A DNA stretch of 63,054 bases, filler included, from Rozella allomycis CSF55 (Eukaryota): NCBI GenBank assembly GCA_000442015.1. It is 3 parts of 3 records of this genome, joined end to end, with 100 filler letters (N's around TTAATTAATTAA, not from the genome) between each part and the next. Parts side by side here need not be neighbours in the genome. Positions count along the whole stretch, not along the records: positions 1 to 22,367 come from KE561203.1; positions 22,468 to 54,301 come from KE561208.1; 1 more part is not named here. One strand, given 5' to 3'. Numbering within the stretch: the first letter of the stretch is position 1; each line of letters opens with the position of its first letter. Under the pieces are notes generated by a model, which was not told the DNA's origin, did not search any database, and saw nothing but the letters and a program-made list of their open reading frames with translations. Shown piece by piece: positions 12,103 through 24,796 of this stretch. The translations under genes and the position numbers were made by a program.

Positions 12103-13029
12103 ATGTCTACAAAGACGCCAACAAGAGTAGTATTTAGTACATTAAAAAAGTCTCTATAAATAGTCGGAAATATTCCTTTTGATGTGACAGAAGAACAAAT
12201 AGTTGATATATTCAGTCAGGTGGGCCGCGTAGAATCTTTTAGGTAAAATGTTCTAAGACAAATGAGAGATTGATGTTTGATAGAGAAACAGGAAGACCTA
12301 AGGGTTATGGATTCTGCCAATATCCAGACGCGGAAACAGCTTCCAGTGCAGTTAGAAATTTGGCAAACTATGATATCGGAGGGCGTCACTTAAGGGTAGA
12401 CTTTGCAGATAATGATAATACGGTCGTTCCCAATCGTGACAATGTAATTATTGTTACTGAATGAGATAAGGCATCAAATTTATCATCCAATTTCAATGTG
12501 AACGAAAAACCCAGAGATAATTCTGTAAAGGCGACAGATCAAATTACCAATACTGTTGCATCATTTACACCTGCGCAACTACTTGATATTTTAACCCAAA
12601 TGAAAGTACGGGAAATTCGGTTTTTAAATAGACATTGGTTCAAACTCAACCTGACAGGGCTAGGGCATTTCTTAACGATAATCCACAACTTGTATATGCA
12701 TTATTTCAAGCAATGTTGGTCACTAATTTGATTCATCCTTCAATCGTTCAGGTATAATTCCCAGTATATCTATTTTTAGTCAATTCTTCAAGGAGGCAAC
12801 ACAAATTCGTACCCAACGAATGGTGGGTCTTCAAATAATAATGGTAATTTCGTTTAATTTTATTTTTTATTGAACTCGAACAACAAAAGGCACTTTTAAT
12901 GCAGGTCATGAGCATGCCTCAGGACCAAATCGACCAGTTGCCACCTGATCAAAGATCACAGATAATGCAGCTTGTATAATTAACTTTTTTTAATCACTAT
13001 AGAAGTCGCAAATGATGAACCTAGCCTAA
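12103..13029 (+). CDS. CSTF2: CstF-64/Rna15 polyadenylation factor, multi-exon
   Basis: [36 protein letters not shown]; hinge '[21 protein letters not shown]'; C-terminal '[28 protein letters not shown]'. Confidence 0.92.
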
Positions 13030-13090
13030 AGGCAATTTTAATAAACCATGATGAAATTTCTATTTTCGTATAACCTTATTTTTAAGAAAC

Positions 13091-13573
13091 ATGCTCGGTA
13101 TTTTCTCACGGCAACGATCTCTTTATTCGTTTGGCAGATTACTATGTTTACCCTCAATACAAGAAAGAAGATTCAGCATTAAAAAGTCTATGTTCCTATT
13201 TGAAAACGATCATAAATTTTTGGATCGACAGTTGGTTGAAGCAGAACTTAAAAATGTATATTCTAAGTATTCAGACTCTCTTCACGACAGACAAATAATG
13301 CTTTATACATGTAAGATCTGCTGTAGTAGGCATGCTAAATCTGTTTCAAAAACTGGTTATAATTCTGGCGTGGTCTTAATTCGGTGCCCTAAATGTGAAA
13401 ACCTACATCTTATAGCTGATCATCTTAATTGGTTCCAAGAAGGAAAAAACTTGGAAGAAATTTTGCGGAATAAAGGCATTAACGACAAAGTTTCCCATGA
13501 CCACGTATCGGAGTTTCTTGACGACTCGGCTGAGAATGACGCTGAAAAAATATCAAAATTAAAAGAGCAATAA
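13091..13573 (+). CDS. ZIM17: DNL zinc-finger mtHsp70 escort protein (Zim17/Tim15/DNLZ)
   Basis: YTCKIC...GVVLIRCPKCENLHLIADHLNWF, with an Arg/Ser-rich mitochondrial presequence. Confidence 0.9.
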   Translation: MLGIFSRQRSLYSFGRLLCLPSIQERRFSIKKSMFLFENDHKFLDRQLVEAELKNVYSKYSDSLHDRQIMLYTCKICCSRHAKSVSKTGYNSGVVLIRCPKCENLHLIADHLNWFQEGKNLEEILRNKGINDKVSHDHVSEFLDDSAENDAEKISKLKEQ

Positions 13574-13626
13574 ATTACATACATCCAAGCTACAAAATAT
13601 TCTACTTCGTGCACAATATCATTTAT

Positions 13627-14135
13627 TTAAGCAGACATTTCAACGTCCTTTGATTTCTTTGAGCGATCCTTACGATCGAGAAGGTTTTGACGATCTTTGT
13701 CCATCTTTAATTTGGTGATAACAACATTGGATGGGTGAATACCAACTGAAACAGATTGTCCTTTAATATATTAACACATTTAAATTTACCATTTGCTTTT
13801 TCGCGTTGAACACGCTCAATGTGAATGACGAATTTTCTGCGATAGCAAGTTGTGACCTTTCCTTCGACACCTTTGCGAGATCCTCTAACAATAAGGACTT
13901 CATCATCTTTGCGAATTGGCATGCTGCGAACGTTGTATTTTTCACGCAACTCTTTGGAAAGAGGAGCGCTCATAATAACACGGCGAACTGATGATGGAGC
14001 AGTGAAATGTGCTTTGCGTGACTTACGACGAGAAGAGCTAACGTCTAACAGTTAGATTGTTTTTTAAAATATATTTTCAACGAGTTAATAAAAAGAAACA
14101 GCTTAGAACAGCGTTTTACCTGATGAAAATTTCAT
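13627..14135 (-). CDS. RPL26: 60S ribosomal protein L26 (uL24), 3 exons
   Basis: MKFSS, ~72-nt intron, [49 protein letters not shown]...[19 protein letters not shown]. Confidence 0.96.
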
Positions 14136-14401
14136 ATAGCCAGGGTTGAAAAAAAGAAATTCAAATTTACGAAATTTTTTGCCAAGACCCAAAAATATTC
14201 AAACAAGAAACAGTGAACCAAGAAAAGAGAATGCTGATCTGTTAGATACCTTAACAGTGGATTTATCTATAAAATATTTCTTAAGACGTAACATAAAGCT
14301 TTTCATTCCATTTTTTGGACCTAGGTGCTATCAAGTATTTCAAATCGTCAAAAAATCGATAATTAAAAATACCGTGATGGATGCGATTGCGTTCATAAAT
14401 T

Positions 14402-16040
14402 ATGATATTTACAAAATATGCCTATCCTGCATCAGCTGCTCTTTTATGCTCAATTTTAGTTTTTAAATATGACAAAGACGACAGTACAATGCGAACTGTT
14501 CGGCTATGGAAAGAATTCGCGCCAATAATATCGCATTACAGGTTTATCGAATTTAAGCAAAAATGGCTCAACCCAAGTCAAGAAGAGGCTAAAAAAGAAT
14601 GGAATATGCTACATGAGTTATATTCAGACAAGGTTCTTAATGTTCTTCTAGATTTTAGAGGATTTTATATAAAAATTGGCCAGGTAAATGGATATCTATT
14701 GTTTCAAATAGACTATGGCAAACAGAAGAGACGTAATGCCTGACATATATATCGAGAAACTAAGAACATTGGAGGATTCAGTGCCACATGTAATGAGCGC
14801 CAAGGACGCGAAGGATGTCATCGTTTCAAGCTTAGGCCTTTCACAGATTGAAGATGTTTTTCAAGACTTTTCTGAAGACCCTATTGGTTCTGCTTCCATT
14901 GGACAAGTTCATAAGGCTAGATTGACTAAATGCGGCGATATTGTTGCTGTGAAGATCCAAGCACCAGGCGCAGAGGATCTGTTTAGAAACGATATCAGAG
15001 CAGTCAAGGAATTTTGTAGAGTGTTTGCTCCAGAGCAAGTAATTATCTTTGATGAAATAGAAAATCAATTCATGACTGAATTTGATTACAAGATTGAGGC
15101 TGAGAATATGATGACAGTTAAGAAAAACTTGGAGGAATTTAAAAATGAAATACATATACCAAAAGCATATCCTGACCTTTGTTCAAAGCATGTTCTCACT
15201 ATGGAGTACATCAAAGGGCCTAAATTAGTGGATGGCATAAGAAAAATGGGTGAAGAATATGCAAAGATGCAGGGGAAAACTTTTAAAGAGTTAGAAAAAG
15301 AAATTATGGAAAAATACGATAAAGAAGGATTACCTCCTCCTTATTCTGGACCTTCATCAACACAGATTGAAGTTTACAGGAAATTGCTGTATTTAAAGGA
15401 CAGAATCATTAATATTCCAATACATTTTTTAAATTCAACTTTCAGATTTTTGTTTAGATATACAGGTATGAAGATTTTCAACAAAGATATACCACTCTAT
15501 AAAAGTTTCATACCTTTAAACTCTGCGAGAATAATGAGCATACTTTTGCGCACTCATGGTCATCAACTTCTAGTAAATGGGCTATTTAATGCTGACTGTC
15601 ATCCTGGAAACTTCTTGCTCATGGAAGACGGAAGAATCGGGTTTTTAGATTTTGGTCAAATTAAAAGAATCGATGATGAAGATCGAAAGTTGTTATGTGA
15701 GTTGGTTGTTGCACTGAGCGAAAAAAATAAAGTTAAAGTTAAAGAAATAGCCCATAAAACTGGATATAAAAGCAAAGATTTCAACGAAGATGTTATTTTT
15801 CGTATCGCAGTCGTTGCTTTCGACCAGGAAGGCAAATGGGTTACTGAAGGAATGCATGTTCAGAAATTTATGGAGAAAATGTTTCAAATTGATCCATGGG
15901 AAAGAATGAGTAACCTATTTGTGATGCCTGCCAGAACCTCATTACTCTTAAGGGGCATCGGACTAATGCTAAATCACCCTGTATCTGTTTGTGATTCTTG
16001 GAAGGTTATAGCGGCAAAGCAGATAGCAATAAATAAATAA
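14402..16040 (+). CDS. ABC1/UbiB (ADCK) atypical kinase, 2 exons
   Basis: GFYIKIGQ (KxGQ), PIGSASIGQVHKA, VAVKIQ, NADCHPGN, FLDFGQ. Confidence 0.9.
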
Positions 16041-16190
16041 ATAGGATTTTGGGCTTAATCAACTAATTTTATTTAAGAATTTATGCCAGTCTTCTCAGAA
16101 GATAAATATCATGATTTACGTCTGTTTTATCTACGCTCTTTTCAAATTACTATGAGTTACATAAATTGTTTGCAATTTCAGAAAATTGAT

Positions 16191-17115
16191 ATGGACAATC
16201 TATTTGATTTAAGAGGAAAATATTGTCTCGTTACTGGAGGTGCTAGAGGGTAATTGCCATATTATTTAGGTAGAAAAGAATTGGTGCCATGATAACAGAA
16301 GGGTTATTGAATTACAACGCTGAAAAAGTCGTGGTAGCCAGTCGTGACGAGGCCGCACTGCAGAAATTTTCAATTGAAATGAATAATAGATGTAATTATT
16401 CAGAGTTATTTTATATAGTTGGTCAAAATAGATGCGAGTATTTTAAGTGTGATCTTTCAAAGGAATCAGAAATTGATGTATTAGTAGATCATATTACTAA
16501 GAAGTTCGGAGGTACTGAATTCTCAAAGCTGAAATAGTTATTCATGTGTTAATTAATAATTCTGGTATAAATTGGGCCGCGCCATTGGATACATATGATC
16601 AATTAGCATTTGAAAAGGTTTTGAATGTAAATGTGAAAAAAGTATTCTATCTTATACAAAAGTAAGTTTATGTAATATAGTAGAGTCAGATTGCTGCCAT
16701 CAATACGCAAAGGATCATCACAGAATGATCCGGGAAGAATAATTAATATTGGTTCCGTTGACGGTATAGTTAATTTTATTAGACTATAGGCATTCGCGTC
16801 CCTCTCTTTGAAACTTATGCTTACTCTGCGAGCAAAGCAGCACTTCATCAAATGACCAAAGTGTTGGCACATCATTTAGCTTCTAGCAACATTACAGTTA
16901 ATGCAATTGCACCAGGACCATTTGAGAGCAAAATGATGGCTGCAACTTTGAAGCGATACGAAAATGAGATTATCGATAGTGTGCCGCTGAAAAGGATCGG
17001 AAAGCCGGGAGACATTGCCGCTGCGTGTGTATATCTTTGTGGTTTAGGTGGCTCATACGTTACTGGTTCTATATTGCCTGTTGAAGGTGGTTTGCTAATC
17101 AAGGCAGTTCTATAA
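16191..17115 (+). CDS. Short-chain dehydrogenase/reductase, multi-exon
   Basis: LVTGGARGIG (spliced), LINNSG, IINIGS, YSASK (YxxxK), VNAIAPGPF. Confidence 0.9.
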
Positions 17116-17222
17116 TAATGAATTAACGATCATTATAATTATGGGTCAATTCAATAAATATTCTTCTCGTTTTCACCGTGTTCTCACTAACCTATAAATT
17201 GAAATTTACAGACTGTGACGTC

Positions 17223-18413
17223 ATGTTTACATTGATTAAATGTCGGACGTTTTCAACATCAGCGCAAGATCTTACCAAAATGAAATATAGAACCAAGGGC
17301 GTATTATTTCTAAACATGGGAGGTCCGAGTTCTCTTGACAAGGTGGAAGATTTCCTATCACGCCTCTTCAGTGACACAGATCTCATGAAGCTTCCAATGC
17401 AAAAGTATTCATCAAAGTTTATTGCCAAGCGGCGCACTCCAAAGGTGCGGGGTCAATACGCTCAAATTGGAGGGAAATCGCCAATTTATGACTGGACGCT
17501 GAAGCAGACTGAACTAATGAAGCGCGCCTTGCTGCAGGATGGGTTGGACGTCAATACATATATTGGGTTCCGGTATGTGCCGCCATTTGTCGAGGAAGCG
17601 GTAGAGCAAATGCTGCGTGATGGCGTCGAAGAAGGGATCGCTTTTTCGCAGTATCCGCAGTACAGTTGTGCTACTACTGGCTCCAGTTTGAATGAGCTTT
17701 ACAGAGTGCTTAGAAAGCATGATCCGAGCAAGAAGATATCGTGGCGGGTTATTGATCGATGGCCAACACACCATTTGTTGATCAAGGCGTTTGCAAAGCT
17801 TGTGACGGAAAAGATTAGTGAGCTGCCTGAAGAGTGTAGAGATGATGCTGTTATATTGTTTACGGCGCATTCGCTGCCCATCAAGGCTGTGGACCGCGGT
17901 GACCCGTATCCGGCAGAGGTAGCGGCAACGTGTCATTCGATTGTTAAAGAGCTTGGCCATAGTCATCCGTACCGTATTGTTTGGCAATCGAAAGTTGGGC
18001 CGCTGCCGTGGTTGGGACCGCATACTGATGATGCGTTGACTGGGTTAGCGAAAAATGGACATAAAGTTGTAGTTTTGGTGCCGGTGGCATTTACATCGGA
18101 TCATATTGAGACATTGTATGAGTTGGATATTTTGTATAAAGATCTGGCGGACAAGGTATGCGGTGAATGTTTTTGAGACTAGGTGGGGATTGAGCATTTT
18201 AAGCGGGTGGATGCTTTGAATGTTGAGCCGTTGTTTATAGATTGCTTGAAAGATTTGGTGTTGTCTCATTTGAAAGACTTTAAAAAACCTGTTCAATTGA
18301 ATTTGCAATGTCCAAAGTGTACTAATGCTGTGTGTGGGGAAGCAAAGGGGTTTTTTGAAGACCATCACGATGAAATTGTGCGATATGAAGATAAAACTAG
18401 GACAATTGAATAA
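17223..18413 (+). CDS. HEM15: Mitochondrial ferrochelatase, 2 exons
   Basis: LNMGGP, YPQYSCATTGSS, FTAHSLP, WQSKVGPLPWLGP, FTSDHIETLYELD; C-terminal CPKCTNAVC [2Fe-2S] cysteines. Confidence 0.96.
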
Positions 18414-18483
18414 TAAAGAAATAAACACAAAATAAATGTACAATATTTTACGATACAATATTTTCACCGTTTACAATTTATAT

Positions 18484-21400
18484 TTATATTGCATCTTGCT
18501 TTGGTAATAAATCTTTTAATTTTTCAACTTCTCTCTAAAATGAATTGAGAAATAAAGAGATACTTCAAGCATGTAATTTTTGGTACTCAAATCAGCAACT
18601 GTTTGTTGTAATTTAGAGTTTAATTCTGATAGGGATTTGCTATCCAATTTATTAATGTTTGCGCCCAAGAGTGCCATGAGATTATTGCTTGAAGAAGACT
18701 ATTGAATGTATTTAATTTATTTACTTTGGTATTTTGATTTGAAATTTTATCGTTTGAATGAATGAATTGAGCTAGTTGAGCAGAGAATTGGACGATCATT
18801 TTATTTTTAGTGTTTAATTCTGATTGAAGGGAATCTATTTTATCTTGTAATTGTTTTGAAGTTGAATCTTGTAATTGCTTTGATGATGAATCATCTGAGC
18901 TTAGCTAGAGGAATGTGATTTATGAAATTTACTTGTTGGCCAAGAAGTTTGAATTGATTTTCCAGGGCTATTTTTTCTTCTTCGAGGGAAACTATTTTAT
19001 TTTCAAATAATTTAATTTTTTCTTCTACTGATTCTTTATCTGAAATTAATTTTGCATTAAGAGATTCAATTTGATCATTTTTAGACTTTAATTCTTGATT
19101 TAATAAAGTTAGATTATCTGATAGATTTGATTTATTTAAATTGAATTCATTTATTTGATTTAAGAGGTTATTTATTTCAGATTGATGATTTGATTTTATT
19201 TTATCAATTTGTGATTTCAGGGAATCTCTTTCATTGATTAAAGATTCATTTTTCTCTTGAAAGTTTAATATTTTTAGATTTAAATTATCAATTTCATTTT
19301 TTGACTTTTCAGTGTTACGAATGATTTCATTCTTTAGTGACTCAATCTCTTCTTGTTTTACCTTCAATTCTTCTTGTTTCACTTTCAATTCTCTNTGTTT
19401 TACCTTCAATTCTTCTTGTTTCACTTTCAATTCTCTTTCACCTTTCAATTCTTCAATTTCTTCTTTTAATTCACCTAATTTTAATTCAAGTGTTTCTTTC
19501 TCACTTTCCATTAGTTTCAATTGTTCAACGCTTTCAAAGTTTTCACTTTTTAATTTTAAATTCATTTCTTCCAATTCTTGAATTTTAAATTTCAAAGTTT
19601 TAATTTTATTTTCATTCAATTCATTTGATTCATCTTTATTTAATTTGGAATTTTCAGATTCAATTTTCTCAATTTTTTCATTCAAAGTTTTTTCAATAAT
19701 TTCTTTCTCTTTCATTAAAAATTTATTCTTTTCTTTGATTTCTTCAATTTCAGTTTTAATAGCCGCATTAATTTTTGCTTCTTCTTGTAGAGAACTTTCA
19801 ATCTTTGAATAGTCACCTTGAAGCGTAGAATAGTCTTCTTGCATCTTGCAATAGTCTTCTTTCATGTTTAAAAGTTCACCTTCAAGTTTGGAGTAATCCC
19901 CTTCAAGCTTTGAATGTTTGCTTTCCAAATCTTTTAATTGTAAATCTTTATCATTAATGATTTCTTTGATTTCTTCTTCTTTCAAGGCAACAATAACTTT
20001 AATTTCATTTTCCTTTCTATTAATCAAATCATTCATCTCTTTCTCTTTACTGTTAATGACTTCTTTTACACTTTCATTATTTCTTTCAATAATCTCTTTT
20101 AATTCCTTTTCTTTTAACTGGAGAGTCTCATTCAATTCTTTTTCTTTAACATCAACTAATCCCTTCAATTTCATTAATTCCTTTTCTTTTAACTGGAGAG
20201 TCTCATTCAATTCTTTTTCTTTAACATCAACTAATTGCTTCATTTCTATTATCTCTTTGTCTTTCATTGAAACAACTTTTTTCTCTTCAAGTTCATTCTT
20301 CTTAATTTCTGCTTCCAATGATTCTTTTAGACTATTTAATTCTTTCTCTCCAAGTGAAATGGCTTCTTTTAATTCATTTTCTTTGCTTTGAATGACCTCT
20401 TTCAATTCATGCTCTTTCAGTTTCATTGCTTCCTCTTGTGCTTTTAGTTTCAATTCACATTCTTCAATAATATTTAGTTTAATAGATTCAATTTCTTTCT
20501 TCTTTTCATTATTTGCATCTTCAACTTTGTTTTCTTTTTCCAATTGTAGCTGATCAATAATCTTTTCCTTTTCTACTTGAATGTTTTTCAATTGTTCAAT
20601 TTCTTCATTGGCCTCTACCAGCATCTCTTTTAATTCATCAACTGTTTCTTTCAATTTAAACACTTCATCTTTAGAATCATCTTCAATTACATTTTCTTGC
20701 TTTTTCTTTATTTCCTTGTTTAATTCTTCAATTTTGACTTCTTTAATTTTATTTGATTCAGTAAACTCTTCTTCCTTTTTCTTTATCTCTCTTTCCAATT
20801 CTTTCAATTGTGCTTTTAATTGCTCATTTATTGTCTTCAACTCTTCTCTCTCCTTTTTTAATTCTTCTCTCTCACTCTTCAATCCTTTAAATTCTTCTTC
20901 CCTCTTCTTTGATTCTCTTTCCAATTCTTCCAATTTTGTCTGCAGTTCATCTCTCTCGCTCTTAACATTCTCAAACTCTTCCGCCATCTTTGAGTCCATC
21001 ATATTCTCCGCAATAACTTCAGTCCTTCTTTTCATTTCCTCCTTGAACGCCCTAAACTCTTCCTCTCTAATCTCAAGCTCCTCCTTTTGCATCGCAATCT
21101 TCTCTGAAAGCTCCGAAATCAGCAAATTCTTAGTCTCATTAGTCGCTCGACTAGCCAGATCTGAATGCGAAGACTCGATCCTTGCATCCACCTGCTCACC
21201 CTCAATCGCCTCGGAAAACTTGCTTTCTAAATGTATAAGCTTCTCCTCCACAGTCTTCTGCTCTAGCTTGGAATGCTCCAAGGCACTCGCAAGCTCCTTG
21301 TTTCGCTGCTGCAATGAATGCACTAGCTCCTCAAGCTCCGGTAATCCCCGCTGCTTCGAATGCGAATGCATCTGCTGCACCTTGTCTTGCACATGCAGAT

Positions 21401-21739
21401 CAAGGCTTTTGTCGGATTGTATGGATACAGACATCACAGTTGGTCCTAGTAATGGCACACTCTTGGAATTCATTTTCGCACTTGTTAGCTCCTCTGCATT
21501 TACAAAAAATCTAATTGCATACTTTTAAGAGATTCAATCTCACTAGTAAGTTCTGCCTTTTCCTTGACACTCTTTTCCCTTTCTTGTTCGTGCTCTTTTA
21601 TGATACATTAATAAATCATACGCTGTTCCAGAGACTGCAATTTAGTATTTTCCTCTTTATACTTGTTTATCCTGCCCTCCAGGTCCTTTATTTCAAATTC
21701 TAGATCAGCAATTCTTTGCTTGGTAGCACCGCAAATCAT
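18484..21739 (-). CDS. Long K/E-rich coiled-coil protein (~1000 aa); ends approximate
   Basis: 860-aa central ORF of heptad-like K/E/L sequence, with short flanking exons separated by ~27-nt introns; internal repeat (LVDVKEKELNETLQLKEKEL x2). Confidence 0.7.
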
Positions 21740-22104
21740 TCAAAAATCAGCTCCGGAGAATTACAGTTACCAGACAAGAAATGATAAATATATAAAATAT
21801 GGTTTCTTATTTCTTTTGTTGTTTGTTGCCTCTAATATCCAACTAATATTTTTTGTTAAATTTCAGAAATGGTCTATATCATTAAACCAATTGGACTTAC
21901 TAGATATTGAGATTTTTTTATACACACTTACACAGCGCACAAATACACGAAATCAATATTATTCAAGTGATTTATGCAAGTATTCTCAGAATTATTGGCG
22001 CACTCCCCCCAAAATAACAATCTACGAGATTGCTATTACATCTCTTGCAATTTTTGAATTTTCGATTAAGATATTTCTTCATTTTTTATAAACCCCCGTA
22101 AAAA

Positions 22105-22367
22105 ATGATGAGTAAACCGCAGCTCTTGGACTGGATTAAATCATATATTAGAAATGAAGCCATGGAGGCTGCAGTTGAGAGATATTCATGGGATGTGTTG
22201 ATGAACTTTACAGAGGAGAAGTGGGAAAAGTATTTTCAACTTGATGGTGTCGCTTTATATAATAAGCTACATCCAGCGAGTAACAATCAAAGTTTGAGTA
22301 ATAACTAGGTACTGAAAAAGAAGTTATAGTAGATGTTAATTTGGAAGCAAAAGAAGAAGATGAATAC
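22105..22367 (+). CDS. 5' fragment of a protein with a possible SAM-like N-terminal domain, truncated by the gap
   Basis: MSKPQLLDWIKSY..YSWDVLMNFTEEKWEKYFQLDGVALYNKLH resembles a SAM helical pattern; probable 28-nt intron, then sequence runs into Ns. Confidence 0.35.
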
Positions 22368-22467
22368 NNNNNNNNNNNNNNNNNNNNNNNNNNNNNNNNN
22401 NNNNNNNNNNNTTAATTAATTAANNNNNNNNNNNNNNNNNNNNNNNNNNNNNNNNNNNNNNNNNNNN
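22368..22467. other. Artificial contig linker (N44-TTAATTAATTAA-N44)
   Basis: Exactly 100 nt with a spacer giving stops in all six frames; identical structure at 54302-54401. Confidence 0.97.
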
Positions 22468-22791
22468 AGATTTATAAAGCCGTAATGGTGAGCCTCATTA
22501 CGACAATTCGGATAATCTATCCAGCCGTCGATTTACTGGATTATTTTTAAGCAATCTTTTAAGAAGTTAGAAAATTTTATGAATATTATTTAAATAAATC
22601 TTTTTACTGGTTAAAAAAAGAATAGTTTTTGTATTATGGCGTATACTCCCATCCAAATTAGTTGATATTGATATACTGCACTGGATGAAAACTTGAATGA
22701 CCTCTTTGTTCTTCGATCTCTTCATGTCTCACTGATATATTGTTATATTTGTATTCGGACATTTAAATTTAGTGAAACCAACAAAGCCACT

Positions 22792-24735
22792 ATGATTTTA
22801 TTTTTTCCATTTCTTGTATCTGCTTGTCTAGCTATTTCAAAGACGAAATTTATGCTCCTAGAAAAGGATATACAATCTTCAAAAAATTTTATTGGAAAGC
22901 CGTATTATCTAGATGAGAAAATTACAGTGTTAGAAAACAACACTTCCGTCGAAGTAGATAAATTGAACTTTAGAAGGGAAAATTCATTCAAAGTTATTTT
23001 AGACGATGGTGAGATTGCAATACTGGAATTTGCAGCTGAGAGAGCACCTTTAGATATTTCCCACGTGCAAAAGTCGGACTTTGTATACATTACTCCCCGA
23101 AATTTGCTGAAAGAAATATGTGATGGGATCAACAATCATGATAAAGATGAATATTATGCTTATTTGGACTATGTAAGGCCATTCAAGGTGTGCGGAGATG
23201 TACTTCGAAAGAATGATATGTTTCCGAATACAGGGCAAACGACCGCAAAGGCTGGCAACATTTTATTATTTTACAACGAGGTTACTTTTAGTAACCGTGG
23301 TACACTATTTCAATATATCAATTATGACCTTTGGACGCGCTTTTCAATAACAAACAATGACGTGACCTTTCATATACCAAATGTGATGTATTCACATAAG
23401 GATTTAAAGATGCAAGTTTATATAAATGAAGTTAGCCATGGTGAAACTGAAGCTTTGAGCAAAAAGGATATTTTTTCGATGGAAATACCGGAAGGAGTAA
23501 CACACGTCACTTTTAAAGATCCTGGTCACCCTGTAAGTATCTCCAATATGACAATAATTTTAAACAAGTACAAAGATTTAGTCGTGAGCAGTGAAGTCAA
23601 TGATATGATCATACCGAAGCTTCCTGCTCTAGCTGTCTCTATAGAGGGGAAATTCAGTAGTCCTGATAAATATGGGTTATTTGCAAATGACCTTGTAATT
23701 TTGTATCGCGAAGGATCTCAAATGTACTTGGATGACGTAATTGTATGTGAAGGCCTCAAGATATGTATTTTGCCAAATGTAAAGAAAAAGTCTAAATTGA
23801 CAATTAAAAAAGATGATGGAACAATAGAATATGATGTATTTCCTCTGAATGAGAGGTTGTTTGAACGTTTCGAGCGTTATTATGAAATCCGAGATGAAAA
23901 CCTATCAAGAATTTTATTACATCGGCAGTTTTATTTGAGCGGAGCCAAAGAAATTAAATACTTTAAAAAATATGAAATTGTTGAGAACATTATTGAGATA
24001 AATGGACTTTTTTTCGGACAAAACACGATTGAAGTTTCTCTAGTGTCACGTGTCCCTCTTTTAATCCGTCGCTCCTTGTTTTGGACTGTAGATTTTAATG
24101 TTGAAATTGAATGGAAAATAAGAGAATTGCTTGAAGATAAAGGAAATACAACCAGTTTATATCAAGTAGAGTCAAAATGTGAGAATTATTCCAAAGAACT
24201 TTTTGCCACGTGGCATTTAAAGACTTTTAATCCATTAATAGAAGAAATAACGCTTGGAGAGTCTAACGTTTGTGGGTCTGTTCCCTTTAACTTCACAATC
24301 AAGTCTGATCAATTAGAGCACAGAAATGAGATATATTTTACAGCCGGTGATTTCATATCATCGTATTATTTGATTGGTGGTGCGGGTATTAAACAGAATC
24401 TTGGAGAAATCCCTAAAATCGAGCATGACCTTAAAATGGACGACGAAGAGACAGAAAAACCTGTCAAATATTTTGATTTGTGTAAGCGAGAAGTATCTGA
24501 AAGTGAAGATGAAACGGAAAGGGATGAAGATATTGTTGAGAAAAAACTGCCAATGAAAGCACGTCAGGATGCCAATATATATAAGCCAAAACTCGATGGA
24601 GAGTTGGTGCAAGGAGCAAATATTACTACAATGATATTGATTACAATACCGACAATATTAATACTGTTTGCATTAATAATAACTTACCGTGATGAAAAAA
24701 GGATAAAGAGTTTTCTGAAATTTCTAAAAAGATAG
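22792..24735 (+). CDS. Uncharacterised type-I membrane/surface protein
   Basis: Intronless ~647-aa ORF; signal peptide MILFFPFLVSACLA, beta-rich ectodomain, acidic linker, TM helix MILITIPTILILFALIITY, short basic tail. Confidence 0.75.
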   Translation: MILFFPFLVSACLAISKTKFMLLEKDIQSSKNFIGKPYYLDEKITVLENNTSVEVDKLNFRRENSFKVILDDGEIAILEFAAERAPLDISHVQKSDFVYITPRNLLKEICDGINNHDKDEYYAYLDYVRPFKVCGDVLRKNDMFPNTGQTTAKAGNILLFYNEVTFSNRGTLFQYINYDLWTRFSITNNDVTFHIPNVMYSHKDLKMQVYINEVSHGETEALSKKDIFSMEIPEGVTHVTFKDPGHPVSISNMTIILNKYKDLVVSSEVNDMIIPKLPALAVSIEGKFSSPDKYGLFANDLVILYREGSQMYLDDVIVCEGLKICILPNVKKKSKLTIKKDDGTIEYDVFPLNERLFERFERYYEIRDENLSRILLHRQFYLSGAKEIKYFKKYEIVENIIEINGLFFGQNTIEVSLVSRVPLLIRRSLFWTVDFNVEIEWKIRELLEDKGNTTSLYQVESKCENYSKELFATWHLKTFNPLIEEITLGESNVCGSVPFNFTIKSDQLEHRNEIYFTAGDFISSYYLIGGAGIKQNLGEIPKIEHDLKMDDEETEKPVKYFDLCKREVSESEDETERDEDIVEKKLPMKARQDANIYKPKLDGELVQGANITTMILITIPTILILFALIITYRDEKRIKSFLKFLKR

Positions 24736-24796
24736 AATAGAGATATATAGAATCATTCGACTCTTTTAAAATAAATAAACTTTCTTGGCTTTATTA

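Noticed and set aside
14146-14401. 106-aa TTG-start ORF upstream of the ABC1 kinase
   Set aside because: Non-ATG start, no motif, and it lies in the RPL26/ABC1 divergent promoter.
19312-21528. Long plus-strand S/F-rich ORFs
   Set aside because: Antisense shadows of the K/E-rich coiled-coil gene.
22412-22423. TTAATTAATTAA palindrome within Ns (also 54346-54357)
   Set aside because: Standard artificial six-frame-stop linker; adjacency across it is not biological evidence.
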